A DNA stretch of 63,531 nucleotides, the filler included, from Globobulimina sp. (lineage: Eukaryota): the NCBI GenBank assembly GCA_003354225.1. It is 49 parts of 49 records of this genome, joined end to end, with 100 filler letters (N's around TTAATTAATTAA, not from the genome) between each part and the next. Parts side by side here need not be neighbours in the genome. Positions count along the whole stretch, not along the records: positions 25,989 to 27,187 come from PIVH01021151.1; positions 27,288 to 28,486 come from PIVH01021152.1; positions 28,587 to 29,785 come from PIVH01021153.1; positions 29,886 to 31,084 come from PIVH01021154.1; positions 31,185 to 32,383 come from PIVH01021155.1; positions 32,484 to 33,682 come from PIVH01021156.1; positions 33,783 to 34,981 come from PIVH01021157.1; positions 35,082 to 36,279 come from PIVH01021158.1; 41 more parts are not named here. One strand, written 5' to 3'. A program made the position numbers and the translations under genes. Shown in pieces: positions 26,042 to 37,022 of the stretch (the first letter of the stretch is position 1; the number at the start of each line of letters is the position of its first letter). The notes beneath the pieces were generated by a model that saw only the letters and a list, made by a program, of their open reading frames with translations, did no database searches and was not told the DNA's origin.

Positions 26042-26425
26042 CGTTTTGGTATTCAAATGTCCAACGATCAGAGCTTTCATTATAAACAGGTCTTTTGGCT
26101 GCATCCCATCTACCAATTACATAGCAGAGTGATGGGTCATTTTGGGCGGTTTGCAAAACCATTAAATCCTCTCCATAGCATGCTCCTGCTGTATTGTTGC
26201 ATATTGAATAGTTATAATTGTGGAGAATGTGGCCGGTATCATCGACTGCTGTGATTAATTCATTCCTGAATAAAACAATGGATTTACATCAATATGGTTC
26301 CAAATAATACTTAAATAACTAAACTGTAAAGGTGTAAGATTAAGAGTGTTACTACCATAATTCCATTTGCATTGTGATAATACTGTGACTGTGGATATTG
26401 CAAAAAAAAACACAAATAGCAGCAT
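26042..26425 (-). CDS. Secreted mannose-6-phosphate-receptor homology (MRH/ATG27-like) protein; intron 26266-26324; absent from the ORF track
   Basis: Spliced: signal peptide, LNLTPL, YNYSICN, CYVIGRW, WTFEYQNG; second donor GTAAGT at 26041. Confidence 0.65.
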
Positions 26426-27419
26426 GGTGTTGAGGTTTTAAGATTTTAGTTGTATTACTTTCGTCGACCCCTTAGGACATTGTAAATGGAAGTGGACAGT
26501 GTCATTGTATGTTAAAAGCAAAAATGTCAGAACACTACTTGCATTTTGAAGAAACGTAATAGGATTACTTAAGTTGAAAACCACTCTAGCTAACCCAAAA
26601 ACTTTGCTAATCGTTGAAATGAAACGAAACTAAGCCAAAAAAGTTAAATATTACAAATTTACAAGTACAACACACGCAACTTTACAAAAACATGTGTTTT
26701 CATGAATTTTAATGTAATATGTTGCGTAAATATTCATGTTCAAATATTTGTGGGTTATATATGAAGACTTGCATTTTTTTGAAGTCACTAAGTCCAAAGC
26801 ATCCTTTCGTTTGATACAGATCGTTCCTGGCACACCACATCAAAAACAACCTCATCAACCAAACAAGAAAAACGTCGACGACGACATCACCAGAATAATT
26901 TTGATGATGACAATGATGATGGCTATGATGATGCCTATGATTTTGCATATAATGGTTGTATGGCATGGATCTTATTATGGTATGGACCTCAAAAAGCACT
27001 TTATGATCACCATCATGTTCCGGTTTGCAGTGCCGGCAAAAGGATTACAATTCCAAAACACAGACACAACACTTTCCGGTCCATTTTTACAGCCATCGCC
27101 ATTTGTATAGACAAACTCCCATTGTCCACCGAAATTATTTGAATGTTCTGGTTCTGTTAATCCTCCATCCCATCTTCCAATTGTTTGNNNNNNNNNNNNN
27201 NNNNNNNNNNNNNNNNNNNNNNNNNNNNNNNTTAATTAATTAANNNNNNNNNNNNNNNNNNNNNNNNNNNNNNNNNNNNNNNNNNNNAATTCGCTGAGTG
27301 CCATGACGAAAGCAAAATGTTATGTTTCTAAATGACAAAAGTTTTTTTTTCTTCAATTATCAAAGCGTTCATTGAAGAAATGAACTAAAAGCAAAAACCC
27401 TATTGGGTCGACTAAAACA

Positions 27420-27816
27420 ATGGATGTGATGACGGACAATTTGCAAACGCCAAAAAAAGCACAGAAACACTTTGATGGTACTGAGACTATGACGCATCCG
27501 CATGTTCATAAACCATTAATATGTAATAATAAACGACATGGTTCATCGCATGCATTTATTCCATATAATTTTCATCATCTTTTACAATTGCGAGAATTGG
27601 GCGCGTATGGAACATATGCGCCACATTGTCGGTCGATGTATAGATTATTTGTTTAGTAATAACGTATCAGAGAGATTTGAAGGTAATTCCCGTGTCTTTT
27701 GTAGTTCATTTAGTGCGGATGGCAATGGATTATGTGTAGCCTCGCAAGATCATGTCATCCATTTAATTGATAGTTGGAGCATTATCGATGTTGCGTTTAA
27801 TATCGCCCGATCATGA
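27420..27816 (+). pseudogene. Degraded DCAF11/LEC14B-like WD40 gene
   Basis: LLQLRELG in one frame, then RVFCSSFSADG..ASQDHVIHLID-SWSIIDVAF in another, followed by an early stop. Confidence 0.55.
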
Positions 27817-27999
27817 ATTTGTACCCTATTCTGGTTGGTCCTCTTCCATCCATTTAGTGAATATGATTTAAACATTTGGTATTGAGTTTGGGCCAACCTT
27901 GAAAGGAATTTGAATGGCCTTTGTGGCAACAGCTAGCTTAAATATGTCATATTGATTTAAATAAGATTTGGTGTGTCATGCATCACACAATTTGTTATT

Positions 28000-28055
28000 G
28001 AAAATCATGTACAAAATTCGTTTTTGAAAATCATGTACAAAATTCGTTTCTGAAA
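28000..28055. repeat. Tandem duplication of TGAAAATCATGTACAAAATTCGTTT
   Basis: Two adjacent copies read directly. Confidence 0.8.
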
Positions 28056-28586
28056 AAGCTTTGTGGATGATGAAAAAGTTGTTATTTCAACATTAAAAAC
28101 AATGTTAACTCATAAACAAAACATATGGAAATGATAAAAAACCATCAAAAGCATTATTTTGGTCATTTAAAGTTAAACTAATGGAATTCTGGAAGCAAAA
28201 CCAGAGGCAAATGATGAAAAATTGAATCACGAAAATGGAAATTTTTCACATCATCAAAATAAATAAAAAGTAATTTTATGGTATATTGATGTGAGTGTAC
28301 CGTTTTGAGCCATTTGGAGATGATTCTGCATCATGAACATCTTGTTTTAATGTATTAAGACATCGATAAAGAGATATAATACAATGAAGATTTGGTGGAG
28401 TACTGCAGTCAGGCATTCCCGTCGAACAAGAACACACTAAGATCATCTTCCGGCTCCATTGCCGGGCTTAGACCCGACATCTTCCANNNNNNNNNNNNNN
28501 NNNNNNNNNNNNNNNNNNNNNNNNNNNNNNTTAATTAATTAANNNNNNNNNNNNNNNNNNNNNNNNNNNNNNNNNNNNNNNNNNNN

Positions 28587-29118
28587 GCGCGTACAGCCAC
28601 TGCCAATGGCAACGATACGGTGCGTGCCATGGATGAATTGTCATTTGGCTGTAACCCAAAATCTAACATTACGGATTCGCGCGTTTCTCGCCAACCCGAA
28701 TCTGTGTATTCAATCTCAAATCGATGCTTTAAAATTAACATATCCTTCTCGTTGGGTGCATATTTTAATTTTGCTAAACATATATTACATAATACGTCAA
28801 TCGGTGTTGATGGCACAGTTTCGGAGATTAAATCATCTGAAAATAATCCCAACCAATCAAGATTTTTTATTGCCACACAGCTTGGCGATACGTTTAATAT
28901 TCGTGATAATCCAACACCTTTTTTGGTTGTTGTTGGGTTTTTTTATTTTTTTTATTTATATAGAACACACCTAATGATTCATCGGCTGATATTTTCAAAT
29001 ATTCACTGAAATATTGTTTATATGATTTATTTTTTGTACTTATATTTTCATCCGAAGTTAATTTTAAATCCGCAATTGCTTTCATTGTCTCACACCATCC
29101 GGGATAACGATAGGTTCC
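28587..29118 (-). CDS. Saccharopine dehydrogenase (Glu-forming, LYS9/AASS type), C-terminal fragment with one intron
   Basis: [37 protein letters not shown] and [10 protein letters not shown]. Confidence 0.85.
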
Positions 29119-29192
29119 CTTGGAAAAAAAGATTAAAATTTAAACATTTTTTTACTAAAAAAAAACTTAGTAAAACATCAGCTAATGAGATC

Positions 29193-29785
29193 ATGGAAAA
29201 GGATTACTACAAAACGTTGAATGTGAGTCGAAATGCTACACCAGAACAAATAAAAAAGGCATTCCGCAAATTAGCACTCAAATGGCATCCCGATAAGTTA
29301 ATATGTATAAAACCAACATTTATAAATACAAAACAAACAAAAAATTAGAAATCCACAAAACAAAGAAAAAGCAGAGAAAATGTTCAAACAAATTGGCGAA
29401 GCTTACGCCGTATTAACCGACCGTATGCTCAATTTTTTAATTGCAAAATCATGATTTTTGCCAGAAATTTCATGCAAAAATAAACAGCTGAAAAGAAAGC
29501 AATGTACGACAGATTTGGCAGTACAAACTCATCGAAACATGCAAGCCATCAACAGCAACATTTCACTTTTACAGAACATGACATTGAGGAGATTTACCGC
29601 CAATTTTTCGAGTTCAACACTGAAAATTCAGAGGAAACTGAGTTTATATTCAACCATATTTTCGCGCACAAACCGCCCAAAATATTAACACCGGCTTCAA
29701 GCATTGTCAATAAACCATTTACATTCTACGCAAAATCAGTATATTTGGTACAAATCGATAACAATTTCAATCAAAAAATACCCTC
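29193..29785 (+). CDS. DnaJ/Hsp40 J-domain protein; introns 29297-29348 and 29423-29487
   Basis: Spliced: DYYKTLNV...[11 protein letters not shown]...[24 protein letters not shown]. Confidence 0.92.
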
Positions 29786-29908
29786 NNNNNNNNNNNNNNN
29801 NNNNNNNNNNNNNNNNNNNNNNNNNNNNNTTAATTAATTAANNNNNNNNNNNNNNNNNNNNNNNNNNNNNNNNNNNNNNNNNNNNAGGAAATTCATTGCA
29901 ACAGTCTC

Positions 29909-31084
29909 CTAGTATATCCAAACAAAATAAATCAACATTAGTATCGAAAACATAATCTGTAGCTTTTTCATAGATATCACATAGTTTAGAAATACTGTTA
30001 AAATGTTTAAAGTATACATTTTATGCACCAATATGATTGTCAACAAATAATGCAACAGCTCCAACATAGTGGACACTCCCAAATAAACCAATGCATTTTC
30101 ATATTGTTGTGCTGTATTCTCGCTCCTTGACTCATAATATTGCTCAATTCCCTTCCTCCCAATAAATGCCGTATGAATTAATTCTAAAACACTGACTACA
30201 AAACCAGAATAAAAGCGTGCCATCATATCCATTGCAATTCTTATTCTCCATTCTTTAACATCACAATCATCATAAAGCTTCCTCCCCAATCCATCACTCC
30301 CTCGCCATGACAATGTCCATTTAGAAGTTCTATCAAAATAAAACTGTGTAAACTTTATATTCGTTTCCATTATTTCCAACACAAAATGCACTCCGACAAT
30401 CATAGCATAGTTATAAACGGACAAATCATTAAAAACACAAAAAGTACGTATCCAATGCCAATAAATACATGAAAAAAACCATTCCATTAAGTATTCAATG
30501 GACACATAGTGATTGTAATCATCCCTCACAGACTTCATTCTGTCCACTTTGCGGCCCACTCTCTTCATAATAAACTTAATCACAGTGATTAACGCTATAA
30601 ACTGCCAATAAAATATCACAAATCCTCTGCCGCGGCCAACACAAAAATTCAATGCATATTCAATGTTAAGCCATACCATCAAAAACGATAAGAACACTAA
30701 AAACACACAACACCACATTGTATGCCTAGTGTTGCTGGATCCGTCCTCGTGTACACTTGACACAATAATGGAACTCTCGCGGCTCTCACTGGGCTCCTCT
30801 TCGTTTTCCGGCGCGACTAACAATATCATTTGCAAGTTTCCAATGTCATCCTCGTCTGTAATCGCACTGAATATCTCACGGATAAATAAACTGTACATTA
30901 TGAATAAACAGAGTGGCAAATACAATCCGGGAAATACCGATTCACAAAGAAATCTATACAATGAATAGGGAGTGCAATGCAAATATGTTTTGCAGACATT
31001 CACATCTGTTATAATGAGAACGTACGACGAGAGCTTAGGTTTAAATGTTAATAATAACACTGCGCCAAGTACTGCAATGAAAAT
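29909..31084 (-). CDS. Multi-pass membrane protein, partial
   Basis: Long ORF with many TM segments. Confidence 0.65.
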   Translation of the reverse strand: MFIAVLGAVLLLTFKPKLSSYVLIITDVNVCKTYLHCTPYSLYRFLCESVFPGLYLPLCLFIMYSLFIREIFSAITDEDDIGNLQMILLVAPENEEEPSESRESSIIVSSVHEDGSSNTRHTMWCCVFLVFLSFLMVWLNIEYALNFCVGRGRGFVIFYWQFIALITVIKFIMKRVGRKVDRMKSVRDDYNHYVSIEYLMEWFFSCIYWHWIRTFCVFNDLSVYNYAMIVGVHFVLEIMETNIKFTQFYFDRTSKWTLSWRGSDGLGRKLYDDCDVKEWRIRIAMDMMARFYSGFVVSVLELIHTAFIGRKGIEQYYESRSENTAQQYENALVYLGVSTMLELLHYLLTIILVHKMYTLNILTVFLNYVISMKKLQIMFSILMLIYFVWIY

Positions 31085-31231
31085 NNNNNNNNNNNNNNNN
31101 NNNNNNNNNNNNNNNNNNNNNNNNNNNNTTAATTAATTAANNNNNNNNNNNNNNNNNNNNNNNNNNNNNNNNNNNNNNNNNNNNTATGAGCTTTATGCAA
31201 AATACCGTACCTGCCAGACCTCAATCGCTAG

Positions 31232-31453
31232 TGGGGGGTTGAACAAATTGTCGACATCGCACAGTCAAAATTAAAAGCAATGAAAAAACCAAATTATAAA
31301 TATGTGACTGATGTGGTAATATTACCGCGCGGCTCGGGCTATAAAAAAAATACTGCATTTTGGTGGCAACCTAAAACTGATAAAGCGATCACTGTCAAAG
31401 TTGATACTGAACATTTACACGCTTTACTCGTTGCTTATTGCGTACAAGTTTAA
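31232..31453 (+). CDS. Tctex-1 family dynein light chain, 3' part; absent from the ORF track
   Basis: WGVEQIV...KPNYKYVTDVVIL..GSG...FWWQPKTDKAITVK. Confidence 0.6.
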   Translation, partial: WGVEQIVDIAQSKLKAMKKPNYKYVTDVVILPRGSGYKKNTAFWWQPKTDKAITVKVDTEHLHALLVAYCVQV

Positions 31454-31754
31454 TCTTAAAAAAAACACTTAAATAAACTTCTTTTATTTTATTTTCCCAT
31501 TATTCCTCAACCAATTATCATTGTATTGCTGTTTTTCCATTTGAATTGAATTTGTATTATATTTGGTTGTATCTGTAATGTTGCTTTTTTTAATGTATTT
31601 TTTTGATGGACTATATCAATTTTTTTATGTGTTAATTTATTACAAACATTTCTTATCCTTGCACACAAGCGTCTTTTTTTTCGGCTGTTGACTATATATC
31701 TTTTACAAAAAAACAATTAAAAAAAACTTTTTCTAGTCCATTCAACTTTTTAAA

Positions 31755-32383
31755 ATGGCAGATGATGAGGTAAATGTTCATAAGGTAGTTGTACTGGGAG
31801 CAGGTGCCGTAGGTAGGTAATGTGGTGTTTTATTTGATTTGTTTCAATATAATTACAAATTCATTCATTTGTGCTGTAGGTAAATCTTGCATGACTTTGA
31901 GATATGTGACAGATAATTTTATGGAGGAGTATGACCCAACAATCGAAGAATCATTCACCAAACAAGTTACAGTGGATGGACAAGTTTGTGTATTGGATAT
32001 TTTGGATACAGCCGGCATGGAACAATTTGCATCAATGCAGGAACAATGGATGCTCGAAGGAGAAGGATTTTTATTGGTTTACTCTATCATTGATACTGGC
32101 TCTTTTGAAGAAATTGAAGATTTAAGAGATAAGATATTGAGAACAAAAGAAGATGATAACATTCCGATAATAATTGCTGGCAATAAATGTGATTTAAGCG
32201 AACAAAGTAAAATTTCAGATTTGCAAGGCCAAGAATTGGCAAATCAATGGAAGTGTACATTTTATGCAACATCGGCTAAGGATAACATAAATATTGAACA
32301 ATGTTTTGATGGATTGGTCCGATTAATCCGAAATCAAAAACGTGTAGAAAAAAAAAAAAAAACCAAAAAGAGAGGATTTTGCA
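31755..32383 (+). CDS. Ras/Rap-family small GTPase; intron 31813-31879
   Basis: GAGAVG-KS, YDPTIEES, DTAGMEQF, NKCD, TSAK and polybasic tail before Cys. Confidence 0.95.
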
Positions 32384-32501
32384 NNNNNNNNNNNNNNNNN
32401 NNNNNNNNNNNNNNNNNNNNNNNNNNNTTAATTAATTAANNNNNNNNNNNNNNNNNNNNNNNNNNNNNNNNNNNNNNNNNNNNCGAGTCACTGAGTTTAA
32501 T

Positions 32502-33622
32502 TAGAGCTTTTAGTAACAAAGTTTATTTTCTGTGACACAAAAAGTGTGCTGAAAACGAAACTTGCGTTATTTTTATCCTACTTTTTTGAAAACTTAAGTT
32601 TTAGCAATAATTGAATAACCTAGTTCCATGACCTACGTTGGAATAATTACCTGCGTTTCCGCAATATTGAGAATAATTGAAACATAGGATTATTAGAAGC
32701 AGGTTTTATTTGATATTGATTTGCCAGAATATGGATATAATGCATTTGCATGATTTGGGATTCATTTCACAAGAAACTACCACTGCCTTTAATGATCCAT
32801 TATGTTTATTTGAATACACATAAAATATGCTTTTGTGTTAAAAGGTGAAAAATCAAAACGCCGCAAACTGATTCGAAATACAAATACTATACAATTTAAT
32901 CAATCCCAACAGGATTCCATTGATAGCAAATCACGTTTTCTGCCCATTTCAGCACCTATAATGATTAAAGAATCATATATTGTTCCGCTGCGTCATGGTA
33001 TTGCAAAGCAGCCATATTTCTAAAGCATATTTTAATGAAATAAATATTATTGAAAGTGATAATTATGCATTTTCTGAATACTTTAGAATAGCACATATTT
33101 GAAACACATTGTTTTAAAATTACAGATTGAATTCAAAACATTTCGTTTTTGAAACACTGCCTGTTTATAGCCTATGGACGTATGAATGTATCACGAATTT
33201 AAGACATGAGTTTAAAATAAGCTCTTTAAATCAAAAATTTCCAAAAGGCGATATTCTAAACACGTCCTATTCTGTTGATTATAATTTTGTTTGTCTGTTT
33301 GTACAAAGTTGCAAACGTTTGGGTTTTGATTTTTTTGTTTTGTATTGAATGATGCATAATTGGTATTTGAATCTGATGCATAATTGGTGATCAATTTAGG
33401 AATGTAATTGTATTCAAATCTCTCTCTGTTGTCACAGGTTTCGATTATTGACGCAGTTTATATATCAAATACAACCTATATTTTATGACATATGTTTGCC
33501 ATAATCTTATGTTTCTCCATACACATGGAATCTGTGACGATAATATTATAATTTTTGTAAAACGTAAGTAATCTGCAACTTAAGTTCATGTCACAGAAAA
33601 AAGTGTGCTACTAAAAGCTCTA
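32502..33622. mobile_element. Non-autonomous TIR DNA transposon with TA flanks (Tc1/mariner-like)
   Basis: TA|GAGCTTTTAGTA...TTTTCTGTGACA versus TGTCACAGAAAA...TACTAAAAGCTC|TA; no long internal ORF. Confidence 0.65.
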
Positions 33623-33782
33623 GACGTGAGTTCACAGATGATAGTTTTTATACACGCTAAAAACTTTTTCCTTGCTGTGGACNNNNNNNNNNNNNNNNNN
33701 NNNNNNNNNNNNNNNNNNNNNNNNNNTTAATTAATTAANNNNNNNNNNNNNNNNNNNNNNNNNNNNNNNNNNNNNNNNNNNN

Positions 33783-33951
33783 CTCCTCCGCCGGAGCAGG
33801 CGGTTGTTCCGCCAAATGCATCCGATTTTTCTACCACCAGTACTTTGGCGTCGCAGTCATGGGCCATAATTGCAGCAGAAAGACCGGCTGCGCCAGATCC
33901 AAGTACCAGAACTTCGGTTTCCAAATTCCATTGGCCTGGTTTTTCTGTCAT
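33783..33951 (-). CDS. Bacterial FAD-dependent oxidoreductase (FAD_binding_2, KstD-like) N-terminus
   Basis: RBS AAAGGAG; VLVLGSGAAGLSAA, VEK, GGTTACSGGG. Confidence 0.8.
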
Positions 33952-34213
33952 TTTTTGCTCCTTTCATGATTGTGGTTTTTAGTACTGGGAATTCTGCTGG
34001 GTGTTAAATGAAAACAAGCTAATTCTTCTGGAAAGGAAGAATTTCAAATTCCCAGCATAACTCCAAGTATAATAGTATTTTTTTGAAGTCAACGAAATTG
34101 ATATTGCTTATTATTTTTTTGTATAATCTGAAGGTGGGGGTTTTGGATTGTTTTGGTGATTTGATCTTGCGATCTTACGCAATGCATCCTCATTGTATCT
34201 ACCGGGCAGAGTC

Positions 34214-34242
34214 ACCAGCCACCTGAAAAGCAGGTGGCTGGT
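34214..34242. terminator. Perfect 12-bp hairpin after the DUF1329 gene
   Basis: ACCAGCCACCTG-aaaag-CAGGTGGCTGGT. Confidence 0.6.
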
Positions 34243-34253
34243 TGTTTATCTTC

Positions 34254-34981
34254 CTATTTTCCATACCGGCTCATATTTTTCATGCTGAAATGGCTTCTTT
34301 CCCAGAAAACCGGTACTGTAAAAACCGTCACTATCGTGGTGTGCTGATCAATATAATCTCTCAATGCTGCCGGACTGCCATTGCCGATAAACTGTCCGGA
34401 CTCCTCAAGGAAACCGAGCGGACTGTTTTGACTTCTGTACAGCCTTCCTTTCTGGTCATAGAAGAAAAATACGGATGATAGAAAAGTCTCTGCGTCAATA
34501 TATACAAGACGTCTGCTGTAAACATAGTTTTTGTCCTGCTGAATCATGTTGAGCTTATACATGGGCCTGCGCTCCATTTTGACGTTCTTTATCGAATACC
34601 CGTCCCTGGAATCAACATACTCGGTTCCGTCAACTGAAACAGGCCACAGATACTCTCGAACATCTCCCATCAGTTCCATTTTGTACGGATAACGGGTGGG
34701 GCTCAGTTTCTGAGCAAATCCGTCCTGGTCATCATACGTAAGGTCCTGCCCGTTAATGGGGTCCTGGGTATCTGATGAGCTCATTTTTCGAATACGCCTC
34801 AGGCTGGGGACATACATCATGGCTTGCGTGTATTTATTCGGATCCTCATAATAGTATTGCATTACTGCAGTACCTCTGATATCGCGGGGTGAGAATACGA
34901 GATTTAAAAATGACTTTTCTTCTTTATTTTTCCGGGCACGCTCGTCATAATAGCCAAAAGGAGGCATAATCGCCCGTTTTG
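34254..34981 (-). CDS. Bacterial DUF1329-family (LolA-like) protein, C-terminal part
   Basis: SPRDIRG, YVPSLRRIRKMS, DLTYDD, YVYSRRLVYIDAET and YDQKGRLYR. Confidence 0.8.
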
Positions 34982-35081
34982 NNNNNNNNNNNNNNNNNNN
35001 NNNNNNNNNNNNNNNNNNNNNNNNNTTAATTAATTAANNNNNNNNNNNNNNNNNNNNNNNNNNNNNNNNNNNNNNNNNNNN

Positions 35082-35723
35082 AAAATGGAAATACAAAATA
35101 AAAATGGTTCATCATTGAGTTGTTATATTAATTCAGATACAAAACAAATTATTATTCATTCGGAGAATATCAGTGTTTGTAAAATACATTTTTATAAAAT
35201 GAACACAGAATTATTATTTTCCAATAAACCTTTCTTTTTTATGGACAATAATGGCAATAATAATGACCGCGATGCATTTTATTATATTCATGCATTCAAA
35301 ACCATGGATATTGATTTATATAATAAAGAATTCGAAGCGAAGACATTTATTGATATCCCATCGGATTTAATTGACGAAAATTTATTTATACGATTTGAAA
35401 ATGAAAGCAATCAAATAATAAAATCTGAAACATATTATAATAATTCATTAATAGCACAAATTAAAGAAAAATATGGACAAATTCGTATATTATCAGCAAT
35501 GACTAAAAAACCAATTTTTAAAGCATATATTAAATGTTTTATAAAATTAAAAAATGAAAATAAAACAGAATTTTATAAAGATGGTTATTCGGATAGATTC
35601 GGTAAATTTGATTATGTTTCAATATCAACCAATCAGTTAAATAATGCAGCCATATTTGCCATATTTATTCAGACAAAAAATAATGGCTCGGTTATAAAGT
35701 TTGCTAAACCTCCGAAACAATAA
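35082..35723 (+). CDS. C-terminus of a conserved large hypothetical protein
   Basis: AYIKCF...FYKDGYSDRFGKFDYVS...AKPP terminal motif. Confidence 0.6.
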   Translation, partial: KMEIQNKNGSSLSCYINSDTKQIIIHSENISVCKIHFYKMNTELLFSNKPFFFMDNNGNNNDRDAFYYIHAFKTMDIDLYNKEFEAKTFIDIPSDLIDENLFIRFENESNQIIKSETYYNNSLIAQIKEKYGQIRILSAMTKKPIFKAYIKCFIKLKNENKTEFYKDGYSDRFGKFDYVSISTNQLNNAAIFAIFIQTKNNGSVIKFAKPPKQ

Positions 35724-35815
35724 CATATAATATATACTCTTTTTTTCTACTTTATAAAGTTTTTAAACTCCTAAAAAAACAGCTTACTGACAAGTTCACC
35801 TAAACAAAGTTGCCA

Positions 35816-36279
35816 ATGTCTGGATTTGCGTTTGGTAGCTCAACAGGAAGCTCATTTCAATTTGGTTCTTCATCAAATAACACAAATAACAACAATAATA
35901 ACAACAATAACAACAACTCGAATACGAACAATTCAAATGCGAATACAAACAATACAAACACACCAAATATTTCATTCAATTTTGGCAATAAATCGAGCAA
36001 CAACAACAACAATAATAATAATTTTGCAATTGATGATGGTATGAATCCAATGATTGCGATGCAACGTCTTTACAATGAATATAATCGCGAGAATGAATCA
36101 TGTCGATTTCAGACTGTTTTATATAATAAGATTCCTTCATCAATCAATGTAAATTTATTTTGCAATAAGCCGCCGTTAATTCGTAGTATTATTTGGGACC
36201 AAGGCATCAAAAACAATCCCTATCCAAATAAATTAGTACCAGTCGCTATTTGTGGTTATAACCAATTGAACCAACGATC
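35816..36279 (+). CDS. Nucleoporin Nup54/Nup57-like, 5' part
   Basis: FG repeats, poly-Asn, then CRFQTVLYN..KPP..WDQ..NNP.P.KLVPV..GY.QL..R. Confidence 0.75.
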
Positions 36280-36379
36280 NNNNNNNNNNNNNNNNNNNNN
36301 NNNNNNNNNNNNNNNNNNNNNNNTTAATTAATTAANNNNNNNNNNNNNNNNNNNNNNNNNNNNNNNNNNNNNNNNNNNN

Positions 36380-36559
36380 TTTAAAAATAATAAAGGTACC
36401 AATAAAAATTAAGCAAATGTTTTAAAAACAATCACGGTACCATTAAATAGTCACCCGCCAGGCTGGTGGGTGAGTCTCCGGAGGAGACCTATTTAATGGT
36501 ACCGTGATTGTTTTTAAAACATTTGCTTAATTTTTAATGGTACCTTTATTATTTTTAAA
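36380..36559. repeat. T-shaped branched hairpin: 71-bp stem capped by two small ears
   Basis: Arms 36380-36450 and 36489-36559 with one mismatch; ears 36451-36473 and 36474-36488. Confidence 0.9.
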
Positions 36560-36766
36560 ACCTTTGTTTAATTTTTAATAATTTTTATACCTTTTAATAT
36601 TTTTAAAACATTTGTTTAATTTTTAATAATTTTTTAATGGTACCGTTCTTATTTTTAAAACTTTTGTATAACCTTTTATTATTTTTAATGGGGAGTTTAT
36701 TATTTTAAAGGTTTTTGTAAAGATTTTAATATTATTCCGTTGTTTTAAACACATTTTCCCTGTGCG

Positions 36767-36906
36767 CCCTCATATATGAGGAGCAAAAGTGTGATTTGTC
36801 CTCATATATGAGGATCAAGTGCTTTTTATCCTCATATATGAGGATCAAGTGCGTTTTATCCTCATATATGAGGAGCGCATGTGTATTCTGTCCTCATATA
36901 TGAGGA
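36767..36906. repeat. Five (T)CCTCATATATGAGGA palindromes at 30-32 bp period
   Basis: Copies at 36767, 36799, 36829, 36859 and 36891. Confidence 0.92.
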
Positions 36907-37022
36907 GTCCATGTGTGTATGATGACTTGTGAAGCTCCTGCTGATGAAGAAGATGCAGGATTTCCCATATAATAGGATTTTTATTGTTAATATTTCATTG
37001 TTGTTGTTCAGTCAAATCTACC

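Noticed and set aside
35876-36022. AAC/AAT trinucleotide runs
   Set aside because: Ordinary poly-Asn coding tracts in the Nup54-like gene.
36767-36906. CRISPR-like repeat-spacer look
   Set aside because: The repeat is only 16 bp, the linkers are 14-16 nt and related to each other, there are no cas genes, and the adjacent gene is spliced.
36934-36961. CTGATGA inside a TCCTGC/GCAGGA hairpin, as a possible hammerhead
   Set aside because: No stem II or GAAA core follows.
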